Source of the DNA: Balanoglossus misakiensis
Taxonomy: Eukaryota; Animalia; Hemichordata
NCBI GenBank assembly: GCA_040954595.2
Contig: CM082580.2
Location: 4,330,783-4,394,782 of the forward strand
Reading direction: 5' to 3'
DNA: 64,000 nucleotides
The position numbers and the translations under genes were made by a program. A model generated the notes under the pieces. The model saw only the letters and a program-made list of their open reading frames with translations. It did no database searches and was not told the DNA's origin. Shown here piece after piece: positions 35,001 to 51,904 of this stretch. Each line of letters starts with the position of its first letter. Position 1 is the stretch's first letter.

Positions 35001-38000
35001 AAAGTACAATCTCAGTGCTAGTAGAAAATGATTCAAGAGAGAAGAAAATTACCTGTCGTAGTCTGCTTGGTCTTTCCCTCACAATGGGTGTAGTAGGCTT
35101 AGAACTTCGCCTTCGTTTTGCCTTCTTACACTGTTCTTCTGAGACCTGTGTTTCTTTCTGGAGAGGTGAGAATAAATGATGATAAGAGCAGGCAGTAGAT
35201 CAAGACAGGTTCTTATTTGACTCAATATAACCACTTATAAATCATCGCGTAACAACTAGTTTAAGTCCATTTTGTCAAAATAAGTGCTATCTTGATGACT
35301 AGAAGTATCAGGTAATATCACTTGCTTGAATTAAAAGCATTTCTGAGATTTTTGGGATATTTAATGCGTACCAAATTTTCTTGAGTTGCAGCTCATGAGG
35401 CTTTAAGCTCAATCAGGGGCGTACATGTAAAACACAACTGGATAAATATAGAAATCATGTTTATGGCTTGTGTTTTTACCTTTCGTTTTTGTTTTTCTTT
35501 CTTTTTCTCCTTCTCTTTCTTCTTCCTCTTCTCTTTAGGGGGTCTTGCAAATGGGTCTGGTATTGCAGCTTGCCGGTAGATCCTGACATCAGCACCGCAG
35601 AAGTGTGGGAAATGTATGTAGGAGTTGCCCTCAGCATCGTTTCCAAGATTGATTGCATGCAACTCACTCACTGGCAAAGAGTTGATGCAGTCTCTGGCAG
35701 CCTGATGATTCTCCTGCAAACCAAATCACAGTGCAATGAATATGTCAAAACTTCCATGCATAAATCTCAGTAGGTGTGAGTAGCATACCCAGGCTATGCA
35801 AATCATCCACAGTCACAAATTGGGCATACATGTGATCTGTTTACATTTCACAGACTGTCATACTACACAAGGGACTATTAATTTTGTTTTATGTTGAAGA
35901 TGGCATAGTTTTTATTAACAATACATCAGCAAATGCAACTCCTCAAACATTCTTTCACTCAAAATCTCCATTTTTTGATTGACAAGTACATGTATATAAA
36001 TGTTCACTTACCACAACTGTTTCCATTACAGCTTTCAGTATGTTGACTCTTTGGTAAAATGTCAGCTCATGGTAAGCTTTCTTATCCAGTTTAAACTTTT
36101 TGCCCATTACTTTGAAGAAAAACGGATCTATTCCTAGCTGTGATGCAGCCTGATACGGTAAAAAAGTAAAAATAATTTACTGTTAATATCAACTTTGAAA
36201 AAGGCACCACTGACTGCTGTACATTGCTTCTCTGTTTGTATAGTACTCATGGATAATGAAAAGCCAGGTATTTTTTTTTCCTGACAAGTATGTTATACGC
36301 CACCTTGCAGTAGATAAATGTGGTATTGAGCCTTTTCCCCACTAAAACCTGTTTTGTATGTCTTGGCATTGCTCATATACTAAGGCACTGTTTGGCAGTT
36401 TGAACCCCTTAAAATGCACCAATCTCACCGGTTTGGCTGGGTGGTCATATATAGGCCCTTCTGAGTGTCAGTCACACATACTTGGCAGCAGTTTAACGGG
36501 CCTGGGTGCCTGAAGTTTAGGCCCACTGTTAATCAAACCAGTTTCAAATGATTTGGCAGGAGGGTTAAGTTAATACTTGCCAAAACTGAAAGCTGTTTCA
36601 TCAGATCTACAAATGGCATAGTACTAACTGATTTCTTCTCTGATACACATGACATAAAGAATTACCTTTTCCACGTCACCGTCTTTCTGTTCTAGTACTT
36701 TATACCACTGCCTCACCCTCTCCCGCAGCTTTATCGACCATATCCCATAAGGCATTGGTGGCTTCTTATTCAGACTGAGGTAAAATAATAAACAAAGTAT
36801 GAGATGGAGACATAGCAGATTACCTAGTGTTAATATTTCATTCTTTGTGATGCTTTGACATTCACGGACCTGTGAGAAGACTGTCTTAGCAAGAATCACT
36901 TTGTGATCCTTTGCTTTCGGCATCATGTTGGTCTTTTCATGTAACTGTTTTCCTCTGCTTTTGGAACACACTTCAATATCTCACTGTGCTTGTACATATC
37001 ACAAAGAGTAAATTGAAACACATTTTCACCGCATACATTTTAGAAACAACATTACAAACCATTACCACTCAATATTGGGTAGAATAAAAATTCAACCACC
37101 ATACTCATTCCCGCACGTTGTTCTCCATTGTAATTTATCACCAGTAAATAAATAGTTAGCAGGGCTTTTAATCAGATGACCAACACACAATTTTAGGGTT
37201 TGACATCTATTTCAACTTTAAAACACACCCAGCTAAAACAGCCAGAAAAAATTGAAAATAGTGAAAAATACATCACTACAGGTTTTATCTGAATATAAAT
37301 AGCATTTGATAGCTGTGTGGCAGTTACATTTTGTTCTAAATTAAACATATGGATTAAAATTTAATTTTACTGTATGTTTTACTCAAACGGGCACAAGATA
37401 AGAGCATTGCACCAGGGAAAATCCTCTCAGACCCCACTCTTGGATTTAGAATTTTTGCCATTATACTGAAACAATTTTAACCAATTTGATCACAGACCGT
37501 TAAATTCATTTATTTACCCCCCAATGTGGAATATTAAAATATCAATTTCGTCACTCACCTCAATCTCTGAAAAGGTGTGCTCAATAAGGATGTAACCACT
37601 TTGGCAAACGATGTACTTTCCCTTGGCATCAGAAAGCCTCGCTCCAATTCATAGAAGGCAACTTCACCTATATTCATTATACTTTGACAAATGTACAAAA
37701 AGTGTCCAATTTGTGGAATCTGTAAAGAAAATATTATTGTTAGTTATAAAATGTATTAATTCATGAATTCCTTGAAAATAATTGAATGCAGCTTTAGAAA
37801 TTTCTCCCCTTTGTGGTTGACATTACCATCGAGTGCACTACTATCAACAATAAAGCATTCTCGGTAAATGATATTATCACAGAAAGTGACAGATGCTACT
37901 CCTTCCTTACATGTACATCTATACAGAGAAGACCCCAGTTTGGCCACTGCTAATGTTACCAACCCCAGGAATTGGTCTCAATACTATAGCGAGCAGTGTA

Positions 38001-40760
38001 ACTTTAACTAATAGTAAACCCTTGCTCGTCACTTTCACTACTAGATAGAACAATGGGCTATATTTCATGAGGATGGAGAGTTAATTGAACAGACAACAGA
38101 AAACTACATTTTGTAAAGTTTGTACAATTCTGGCAGCAAACAATATTTGTTACATTCTGGTTGCCCTGTCAAGACATCAGTGCTCTTCAGAAATCAACAC
38201 TCCACTTTCAAGATTTGGCTGGCTTGTTTTATCCTAGTCGTAAACAATATGAACCCTCTATCATAAATCATGGATTTTTCGGTGGTGTATCCCCAGAAGA
38301 TAAATTCAGGGTACAATTCAAAGATAAAGGAATGACAGTTTGACGCATGATTCTACATTCTACTTAAATAATTACCTCCCACATTGCCTTCAACTGTGAA
38401 CCTACTGGTTCTTCACATAAGTTGGCTTCCCAGTCAATAATTTCTTGCTGCATTCTAGCCAATTCTTCCTTCTTGTCTCTTTCTCTCTGTCGCCTTTCTT
38501 CAATTTCTCGAAGCCCTTCCTCCTGTTTGATATAGGCAATGATGGGAGACTTCTCGCTACTGTCAAGTCCAAACATGGTGCGTGATGCTGGTCTTCTCCT
38601 CAGTCCTGCAATACACAGACAGGAATGCTGAAAGACTGTTGTTTGCGTACATAAGTCCATATGAATACAACTCTGTTATTCTATACATACATGTACATAT
38701 TACTCTTATTGGTCAGCTTACCTGTACAAGGATTGTTTGAATCATCTTCTCCATATCGACCATTGGATGTTAGATAATGAGTTGTCTTGTCTCTGATTGA
38801 CCTAAAAATAACGCAAGTCATAACAAATTATAGACTGGGTCGTCATGTCTGTGTGCACTCAGTAATATGGTACTCAGTGTGCCCTCTAAGCCCATATGAC
38901 ACGCCACTGACTCAACAAAGTCACTGGTGACTCAAAAAAATTATCCGCACTACATGCAAAGGTAAAAGGCTGACTCAGGGATTTCTAGAAATCCGCAAAT
39001 TGACTCAAAGCTTTTAAAAACTATGTTTTTAGCGGGCACACTGATGGTACTCCCCATGTCCTCAAAACGTATAAAATTACATGACGCTCAAAGATCTAGG
39101 AATGGATAATTAATCAAACAATAGGGTATATTTGTGTTATTGCATTTGCATCATACATGTAGTCAAGAAGAATACATACCTTGGTTGCAAGTTTAGTTTT
39201 TGCTCTAATATACGTTCCAGTTTCATGGCCTGTTTTGAAACCCAGTGATCAAACCCATTGTATCTGTAACAATTTTCCAGCATCAGCCTGAAATCTCTAA
39301 CAAACTCCGTCACAGTCTGGTACTCTCTCTTATCAAACTTTGTTTCCACTGTAGTAAAAAAAAACAGGCATCAATACTAAGACAATTCCCAAATCATTTT
39401 ACTGGTATCATAGGGAAATTTGCAGTGTCACAAGTTTTACACAAACCATGCCGACCAACAACAATAAGATTGGAATACTTTAAGTTTGAGGTACACTATT
39501 TAAAAAGGTTCTAATTTTGTTTATTTTGTTCACAAATTATGAAAGAAAGAAAAAAAGCAACTCGACCTTAAAATACAATGCAAGTTCAACATTTTTCAAC
39601 GTGAGAATGCCAACAGTTGTAAGATTATTTTGTAACACTTTCATATTTGAGAGTCAAAACAAAATTTAGTTCTCATATTGTAAGCCATGCATTAATCAGA
39701 AACCATGACTGAACACACCAAAAATGGTTTCAACAGAAACATTTGTGACGTATTCTTCCTAACTTCAATTTTATTATATTATTATGAAGTATTCTGTAAA
39801 ACTATTCTTTCTCAGCTAATTATCTTGTTTTTCTGCAGTCTCAATTTTCTTAGAACTTTGGAGTCAAGCTGGAGGAAAATATTAAAGTCTGTATGAATTG
39901 ACCAAGTTAAGACCAGCAAATGTACCATGAATGCAAGTAGTGCAAACCATAACATCAGGATTTCTTTAAATTTTTGAGAAACTGTCAGAACCCCCAGGTC
40001 ACTGAAATTGGTTTCAGAAAATAAACAGTCAGTTACCAGTAAGACAGGTTCTGGCGTTGGTTTGGAAATGACAACACTGGCACTGCTAAGAATGTGGTAC
40101 ACTGCCTTGCAGAAATGAACTCCAAAATGCATCAACCATTGCACAACGCAATTACAAAGTAACCACACAGTCATTAGCAACACACAATTGCAAAGCTAGG
40201 AGGTCCTGTATTGGGGAATACCGGGGATTCCCTCTACATGTAGTTTCAATTTCACTGCTATCGTCGTATCGAACTAGGAAACTCAAAGATGACGCCTACT
40301 GCCAAATAACGACATCGGTCAGAATTGGAATCAAAAGTACACTATTCAACTATAATGTGAGCCACTGAGTGACACCCGCCTTCATAATCCTCACTCGTTT
40401 GGGGTTTTACTCACTTTTTCTTAGCCACATTGGCTCCTTGATTCGCTCATGGTAATCCCACAAGTTGTATTTCTCAACATCAACAGGGTCCACAAACGGC
40501 CATATGATGGATTTGCTTGTGGACATGATTCCCATTAAAAGGCGATAGCCATGTTGGAGTTCGAAATTCAGTTCTGGTTTTCTGTCTTCCTGGACTATCA
40601 CGGGTAACTCCTGCAAAGCCTGATTCGAGTCTTCACTTGGTGTTGGAGTATCCAAAGAACTTTCTGCGACGTCTGATGTCTGAAATGGTCGGTAACCAAT
40701 TTCATTTTCCAGGGGATCGGGTTGATCTTGGAATGACCACGAGTCCTCCGGAGTTTCCAT
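29072..40760 (-). CDS. BRD10: KIAA2026/BRD10-like bromodomain protein, ~12 exons (approx. 40415-40760, 39180-39348, 38722-38801, 38375-38606, 37559-37719, 36666-36774, 36012-36149, 35479-35714, 35053-35157, 33562-34665, 33027-33201, 29072-32893)
   Basis: Bromodomain (ELQHGYRLL..WPFVDPVD..WDYHERIKEPMWL | Y.TVTEFVRDFRLMLENCYRYNG.DHWVSKQA.KLE), then MWE|IPQIGHFL (DDT-like), LGNDAEGNSYIHFPHFCGADVRIYRQ and PPPRKRCEVEL..L.NLLSELEPWE, all characteristic of KIAA2026. A huge Q/S/T/P-rich terminal exon follows. Confidence 0.88.
36352..36568 (-). mobile_element. Second TTAA-CCC type repeat family, copy 2 (BRD10 intron)
   Basis: Ends in GGCAGGAGGG-TTAA and is homologous to 11156-11385 in inverted orientation. 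Confidence 0.65.
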
Positions 40761-41721
40761 TTGGGCAATGAATACAAAAAATCTTCAGCACATAGAATCG
40801 TTTTCCCTCGCTAGCTGAGCACCACTTGTGTTTGTAAATAAACTCTTTTTGACCGGAACCACTCAACATCGAGCGCAGAAGTAAGGGAACTTGAACGAAC
40901 TTGCAGAAACGATGAAAGACAATGAAAATTCCTCAAAATTTGAGAAAAATATTCTCGTTGATCCCAATGCCTCATAAGTTAGGGAATAATCCATTTTACA
41001 TTCAAATATTTGACCGACGAGACATTTTCTTCAAAACTCCTTCCAGACGAAGTGGGAATTGGTTAAAATTTGACGAAATTAGCGAAATATTCGTATTTCG
41101 CGAGGAAATCACCTCTGATAGCCGCTTCACATGCAGTAACAACAAATTAAACCGCAATACGCACGCACGTTTTTATAGAATATCGCACAGTTTACCTTAA
41201 AATTTGGAAATAATCAGAAAATAACTCTATAAAACGATATTTCTCAAGCCATGAAACTCAATTTGTAAAAACACGACTGTAAACATTGAGGAAAAATACA
41301 AAATAGTCCGCAGCGGATGAAAATATGCTAATCTTGAACGGTCCGTCTCTCGCAGGTCACGTTACCAACCCATGATAAATTTTTCGAAAAATTGGACGGT
41401 TCTTTGATTTTAAGCAGATGGCACAGGAAAATGATTTTCAGCTTAAATAAGCGTAAAAACTTTAATTAATTCAACCCTTTTCTGATTAATTATCTCCCTA
41501 AAATCGCATAAAACATTGATCTGAGAAGAAACGCACCCCCATATGAAAATGGATTATTCCATATTAGAGCGCCACCACACAGGTCATTCGCGCCTGGGTC
41601 AGATCGACCTTGACATCGTGCTACATAGAAGTAGCAAAGACGTATGGTGATGTCGATCTGAGTCAGTAGTTTTGCGCAGAAGAAGGTGGAAGAAAGGGTC
41701 TATCTTACTTATGCGTCTGTC
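40761..41721. promoter_or_regulatory. Bidirectional promoter / 5' UTR region BRD10 / JMJD7
   Basis: The divergent ATGs are ~1 kb apart and the region is CpG-richer than the flanking introns. Confidence 0.6.
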
Positions 41722-44645
<2,924 letters not shown>

Positions 44646-45305
44646 CATATCCTGGTGAATAAACAAACAGTGAGGATGCACAGGCATTTCAAGAAAACAG
44701 CAAAATAGCGACACTGTTTTCTCAAAATTCTACATGAAGACGGATATACAGCAGCAACAGCACACAAGTGACTGGACACGACACATCACATTTGCTACCA
44801 CTTTTAAAAATATTGCATAAAGAGAATCACTCACAATACCATAACTATTTGGAGGAAACAATTTTATTGAATCTCGTTACAGGAACAATATATACATACC
44901 ATTCAAAATGAATGACCATAACTTTTTCAACTTCGATCAATGCATGATCATCAAAAGTTGAATATTAGTTATCAGAAGAGGATATGAGCATTTGAGTTAC
45001 CGATGTGAATGCTCACAATATGGCCGCAAACATATTTCATCCGAAATGAACCAAGATCATCCTTACATGCTTATAATATCACAAAGTTGACCATTTGAAA
45101 TGTGTACCTTGACAGCACACTGGATGTTTCTTGAACCAGTTGTTATTGCTCAAAACTAGATGACATAACAACTCTTGTACCAAGGACTTGACAAAATAAC
45201 TTCAAATCAACATTTTGTGATTACCAGTGGGAAAAAAACTCAAAGGCTCCCATGGTAAATTATTGAAAGGTTTTCTTTCCCCATAGACATTTACCTCCTT
45301 AAGTA

Positions 45306-45398
45306 TTAACCCTTTCAACCCCAGATCCCTCTTTAGAGGTCCAAGCTTACCATAGAAAACAATGGGTTTGGACTGAACCATTGTTGTGAAAGGGTTAA
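45306..45398. mobile_element. piggyBac-like MITE, copy 3
   Basis: TTAA-CCCTTTCAAC ... GTTGTGAAAGGG-TTAA with internal homology to 9185-9283. Confidence 0.8.
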
Positions 45399-47735
45399 TC
45401 ACAGACTGAATTTGAGTCATGGACTGCATGTTTGTTTAGCATCTTGTCAGTTTATAACTTATACAGTATTAAAAACCTTTTTCTTTGTGTAATACATGGC
45501 AAGACTAATTTTTGGGGTAAAATGGCAGGAAATTATCATTAAAACCAAAATGGGCAAGTAATAAAAACTAGGTTTTGCTGGTAGAGTATTCAAATTTTTG
45601 AACGGTTGACTGATTTTTAATAATGGGGAAAAATGTACATTTATTGTATGGAAGACATAAAATAAAACAAATTTGTATATCAGGGAAAATAAAATGTATT
45701 CTCTCCTAATCTATCTGGCAGCCATACACCAATTTTAGCATTAAACTTTTATCCAAGTATTTCATGTCTACTACAATAAAAGATGTAAAATAAAATCTGA
45801 GGCTCATTGAGATTAACCCGGGATTCAGAATGCTTGATCAAACAAATAAGGCTTGCCTTATTTTACCTTTGAAAACCTGCACAAAGGAGAAAAAAACACA
45901 CAAAACTGACATTACTTTCAATAACCTGAATTCTGCTGGCATATACGTTATGAGCAGACCGTGTGAATAAATGATTGACACGTTACCGGAAAGTTGAATT
46001 TAAAAGAAAATTCACTAACATCAGTAGATTAGCGACAATGAGAGGTAATGTTGCTTAAACCTGAGTTGTCCTCTCGTTAACATTACACTATATGCTGACG
46101 GTGATAAACAGTAACAGTTGCCATACGAGTACGTGTTTGAGGGGAGGGGCACAACCATGCAGCAAATGGTCAAGTATTTGTATGAGGTGCACCTCAAAAT
46201 TTCTAGCATAATCTCCACAAAATGGGTACAACTTTTAAAACAATAGTCAAATGTCTGTATGGTGTACCGGGTATGGTACACCTGTTCGTTTGTAAACAGT
46301 TAACTTACTCCTTGGAATTTAGAGATGCATAGTTTACTTCTATAAAACTTTAAAACAGTCCAACTGCTGAAAACTAAAGCACAACACTTCAAAGTTTTAA
46401 AAAATCCCACCCCCAACAAAATGATAAATCCCGTGGGGAATATGCTCTCTAACACATGGTCAGAACCATTGGAGTAAATTGGGGGGAGTTCACTCAGAAA
46501 GTTCTCCATTACTTAACAGTGATACCCAAGTAGAGACAAGTTTATTGTAATAGACTCATAGCAGTGGTGTTTCACAAAATGTCAATACCTGCAATTTTAT
46601 GCCGAATTTTGATATCAAGTTGAAACACTGTGATAATTCGATATTTTTGGAATAACCAGGACCTGATAACGGTTGATAAGTTTCAGATAAAGTGCACAAT
46701 GCAATTGCAAGAACTTGATTGGAAAGATTTTTCCACAGGCATGTCATATAAGCAAGCACGTTTGTTGTATGGTTACAGTTCGACTTCTCTGGACTGCACT
46801 TTGTTGAGCAATGATGTCAGAGAGTTTCATGTGGTTCAGATATAAGTAGCTGGATTCCAAGATTTGTTTCAAGACAATACATGTACATGCATTGCAGTGC
46901 TGCAAATGGCACTGAACTCACTTCACAATGACCTTCTGAAGGTCAGATTAGAGGCAGACTGACCAAAGTTGAGACTCTGTTGGATTCACCTTTCAAATCA
47001 GAAGTATTCCGCTTGTGTGCCAGGCTGGTTTGTGAAAACTGTCAAACTGATTTCAGCTGTGCTTCTTTTGGGTGATGGTCTCAATGAAACACTGATGAAG
47101 TCACATGATCAAGTACATGTATATTTTGACTACTGAACTGGAGCTCAGCAGAAGTAGCAAAAAAAAATGTAAGTATACCCACAAACCAATATCTAAAATC
47201 CATTTGAAGGTCAAGAACAAGAATCCGTGGACTGTTGTGCCAAGACGAAATGACATATACATGTACTCCCGATTCAAAATGTGAAAGGGGTCATTATCTG
47301 TTTGAATCATCATACTTGGCACATGACATCACATTACAGTTCGGCACTAGGACTAGCGTAAATAGCAGATTAGAACCTCAAAATGGGCACACTGCTGGTT
47401 CATCTTCATCATTCTATTAAAGTGGAGAGAATAACTTCAGCATACTTTGAGCACATCAGCATGGCCTTGCAGATTTATAGCTCGGTAAAAAGTTTGTCAT
47501 TTTGTGCTTCAGCATCAAGCTTCCTCGGAATATATTCAGTACTATCAGTACAGCTTTGAAGCCCGGAAGTTTAGCATCACAGGAAACTGAAAGATTGGCC
47601 TTTCCATATTCAGTTGTAGTTGTGCGTAGACATCAAACTCCACACCAGAATGCCGAGATGTATTTGCACTGTTCAACAGCAAGGCACTCGGACTAAATTA
47701 TATGTACTCCTTCATTTTTGCATTGCAGTTTTCTT

Positions 47736-50253
47736 CTAATCCATGTGCTCTTTGATGTAGTCATCATTGTCCAACTGAAATTGAAATGGGAGAAATACTA
47801 TATGTAAAATCCACAGGACAGCAAGTATAGCCAAGATTGAGAAGTCTTACATACAAATACACAATGAATACTGTAGTTCTGTTGAAATATTTGGAAGCTA
47901 TCAATTACATGGCTTATGTTTAATGTGAACTTCTAAACCAAAAATTTAGCTAGCTAGTTAGACACATTATAACACAGTGTCTGTATGATGACTGTGTTAT
48001 AACAGTGAATTATCAGCATCAAAATATTCCCTTACCACTGCAAGCTGCCTCCCTATATTTCCTATTGTAACGCCTCCTGAGAAAAATATACACGGAAGCC
48101 ATGAGCGAACATACAGGAAATCTGGTTCAGTGTACCTGTAGACGAAAAAAAATGCATATTCTTTTAAATAGACTTTCATGGGCAGGTCAGTCACCTATTT
48201 CTGAAAATTCTAGTTTGCGATAATAAATCCAAGCATATGATATATACAATGATAACAGCAGACCAATTTTCATTTTCATCTTATGCTTTTATATTTTGAC
48301 CTTTTAATGATTGGATTTTTACAGCAATATGATGGAATGAAATTTATTCAGTCTGGTAGAAAAAATTGAAACTCAATTTTTAAATTGCATACATACATGT
48401 AGTCTGATACACACACAGACTAATTCCATTAGCTCCCACAGATCAATTGCATACAATGGATTGTATGTTCAATGTATACTAAACACTTAAAACAGGAGAT
48501 AAATTTCATGAAACTATATAACCAACAAACTAGAAGATATGTGAATGACTTACATGTATACACCATTGTAAACTAGAAGCTGCGTCACAAATGTAGCTAG
48601 AACAGCAACTCCAATACCGAGGCCGAATCCACTGCGTGATCTGTCGAATAGCCACCACAGACCAATAGACATTGCTGCTAGGGTCAGTGAAAACTGTAAA
48701 TTATTTGCAAAGTCAATTTTCTGAAAGTCATTGAGTTAAGGAAATAATTGTGAATGTATTTCAGTATTTTTTTGTCTGTATAATAAGTGCATGGTCAATC
48801 TTTCACCTACTGAGGGAAAACACCTACATTTGTATGCAAGCTTTCACTTTGTACAGTCGCACAATGGAAAACAGCCTTCCAAATATAGAGTCTGAGTAAT
48901 TTAAAATTCCACTTATAGTGCACCCTATTCCCTCACCCTACAATATCATAAAGAGCCAGTGTTTTGTTTGCATCCAACTTCAACTTCCATCAACCTGTTT
49001 TACGCATGTACCATGCATGTACAATTGGATGGTTGAAATCTAAATTCTGACATTTTTCCAAGAAGACAATTCCTCCATCACATACAAAAATCCCAAAATA
49101 GAATACACTGCACCATTATCTTGTCACTTGAAGACAATGAACAGATGTTTCTGTCACCAGACCAGGTGTCCTCACAAGTGTCCCACAATACATGTAACCA
49201 ATGACATAAGCTGATCTATGCTAACAGCTGGCACATAAAGAGTGTTTATAAAAAGGATACTGCGCTCGCATGGTTGATGCCGACAAAGACCGCTACACAT
49301 CGCATCACACCAGACCATTCTCTATTGACTTTCCTCGGCTCGCCCCATTTGTCATCCAGGCATGGATAAAGCAATCCAATCAAGGCTGCAAACAAAACAA
49401 GAATTGGTCAGAAAAATAATCAGCACACACAGTGTGTTGTTATCTATAAAAGGTACAAATGTAAAGACATAAATTCTACAGGATATGACTGTCTTTCTCT
49501 GTACATAACTGCAGCTGGAACCCTTGATATTTTCACAGTATGCAAAATATCTGCGGGCCAATGATGTTTGGGGCTCTTGTGTATATTCATACAACATTAA
49601 AAAATTATGCATTTCATTTTGAATTTATAAAGAATGCAAAAGTCTCTATAGGAAACGTTAAGTCTTCAGGAAATTGAAATTAACGAAAAGTATGCAATGA
49701 TTTATCGTAACGGCTACCAAATTAAGTGTGTTCTCCACAAAATGTCCATATTTTCAATACCATCCTTCAGATGTTGAAGATATACATGAACCACACCTAA
49801 ATTGTGATGCATTCAGACATATTTTGTCATTTACAAAGTTACATGTAGTGCAGCCACTATTTTTAGAACTGTTCGTGTTTCCCAATATAGCACAGCCAGG
49901 GTACTGTAAACACCACCAATATTTATGTTCTACAAAAAAGCATGGCTGGTAACAGACTGCTGAAATGGTCCGATCATTTTGCAGTGTACTGTTCGAAAAA
50001 ACGTGGATGAAAACAAAACACTGAAAATACAGAGCTAAATGTTCTCGATGGTCTCACCTGCAGCTGTGCCACAACAGGGCGGTACCCACCACGCTGACGA
50101 GAACACACTGGCGAGAACTTCTGGGGGAAACAACGTCACATTGCGTTGTACTTGCAGTAAATTGAGCACTAGCGCAAAGAAGACACCCACAGCAAACAGG
50201 ACGATTCCCCTGCCAATCATGTGCGTAGTTGACCTACTAGGTAGCCTCATCAT
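47736..50253 (-). CDS. INSIG: Insulin-induced gene protein INSIG (pro-ortholog of INSIG1/2), coding exons 50058-50253, 49261-49385, 48554-48720, 48036-48135, 47736-47774; non-coding exon 1 ends at ~51736
   Basis: [63 protein letters not shown]|[50 protein letters not shown]. The C-terminus KEHMD* fits the KxHxx retrieval motif. Confidence 0.97.
48721..49260 (-). other. U12-type (minor spliceosome) GT-AG intron in INSIG
   Basis: 5' splice site GTATCCTTTT (49251-49260) and branch point TTCCTTAAC (48735-48743), ~13 nt from the CAG acceptor. Confidence 0.93.
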
Positions 50254-50340
50254 TGTCACTGTTCTTCTAAATATTGCACGTAATTTTAACAAAAAAGTTC
50301 TTTGGTATCAACTGATGATTCTCTGAAGACTGATGAACTT

Positions 50341-50373
50341 TCAGTTCCTTTTGTGACGCCTGCTATGGTGCAT
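50341..50373 (-). promoter_or_regulatory. 10-codon uORF (MHHSRRHKRN*) in the INSIG 5' UTR
   Basis: ACAATGC context inside the exon that begins at 50395; it stops 87 nt before the main ATG. Confidence 0.55.
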
Positions 50374-50691
50374 TGTCAATACAATCGAACAATTCCTGTG
50401 AAATAAACAACAACAAAATGTATTATTACGACGACTGTCTATTTCCAGTAATTAGCATGAAATAAGATTGATTTAACTACATAAGTGGTCTCCCTAGGAA
50501 TTTATGGGCTAAATTTGCAACACAATATGAATTATTGTTATGCTAATGAGGTTCTACTGTTTTGCCAAAATTGAAAAGTGGTGGACCCACAGTCAGTCAA
50601 TGACAAACCTTACATGCCATGACTATTTGAGTTTATGTCCTGTCAAGGACTTCGGGCAATCCCATAAGGTGTATTTTTCATATTTTTGTAG

Positions 50692-50724
<33 letters not shown>

Positions 50725-50964
50725 TTCAATCCTTGTAACCTAATCAACAACCACTACAAGGTGTAGTTCAGAGTCAGCTGGTGTGCGGTTAGCTATCAAG
50801 TGCACAGGGATCATTTGTTCCAACCCAGCTGGACAAACATGTCTCAAAGCATACGAGACTTCCCTCACACAACAGTCAAGACCCCATTTTTGCCACTAAC
50901 ACTAGTTTAGTCAGTTACACATACATTACTACCTCCATGACGTACCCGTAGAGTCTAAGGATGC

Positions 50965-51073
50965 CTAGGCTTAGCTGCAGTTCAGTATCTCGAGGTTTTG
51001 CCTCCAGGTCTTGCTGTCTAACACAGAAACCAAGACAAAACCTTGAGCTACTGGAACTGCAGGTAGCCTTGGC
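50965..51073. repeat. ~100-bp imperfect inverted repeat (MITE-like) in INSIG intron 1
   Basis: CTGCAGTTCAGTATCTCGAGGTTTTG ... CAAAACCTTGAGCTACTGGAACTGCAG. Confidence 0.65.
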
Positions 51074-51904
51074 TACGCTTCTCAGCTGGGGCAGTGGCCC
51101 CGCAAACCCTTAATAATTAGTCTAACAGCTGTAGTGTTTTCAGACGAGATGTTAGACCTTTTTAGGAAAAATGTGTAGGGGTTTGCATAGCGACAAGGGA
51201 ACCCCCCCCCCCCCTTCTTCAGATTCCACCCGAACAAATGCCAAAACCAATCCTCATTCTGGTCACTGAGCTATGGTCTACCTCCATGTTACTACACTAC
51301 GCACCATAGGAGAGTTGGGTTTGATCATTGGAGTACATGCGCCAAAAATTGAGAAATCTACAGGTTATACAGCATCAAACCAAGTCACTTATCCACTTAG
51401 TGGATGACAATACAATGACATTGAATCTTGTACTTCTAAGTTCTACAAAGCTGACTTTGCGAGTCTGACAAGATTGCACTTTACGACGACGGCTGCGAGC
51501 ATTGAGTCACGATAAAGGAGTTGGGTCCTGCTGTGTACGACGCACAGTGGACAATCTTTTGTTGTACCTTTTATCGAAGGGTACAGGCTGAATTCATTCC
51601 GAAATTACCCTAAATCGAGTACATCTTCAATGAAACACTCAATGATTTTACACACACAAAAATAGGGCCCATAACACAGCTGATTGCCTTATTGACTGTG
51701 GTCGAAGAAAATATCCAGTTATCAAACGTCCCTACCTGCCCCTCACTTGCGTTCCTCTCCTCCAAATCAGGTTTCGTATCCTAAAACGTTTTCGGCTGAC
51801 GACGGCAGAGAATATCTAATAATTATGTGGACACTGGCTTGCTCAAAACGTGTGAATGTTTTCCTTCGGTTTTCAATCCGCAATGGTTAGATATGGCGGA
51901 AGTG

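Noticed and set aside
44650-47730. PLA2G4B-like read-through partner downstream of JMJD7, as in mammals
   Set aside because: No phospholipase exons are seen; the region looks like the JMJD7 and INSIG 3' UTRs.
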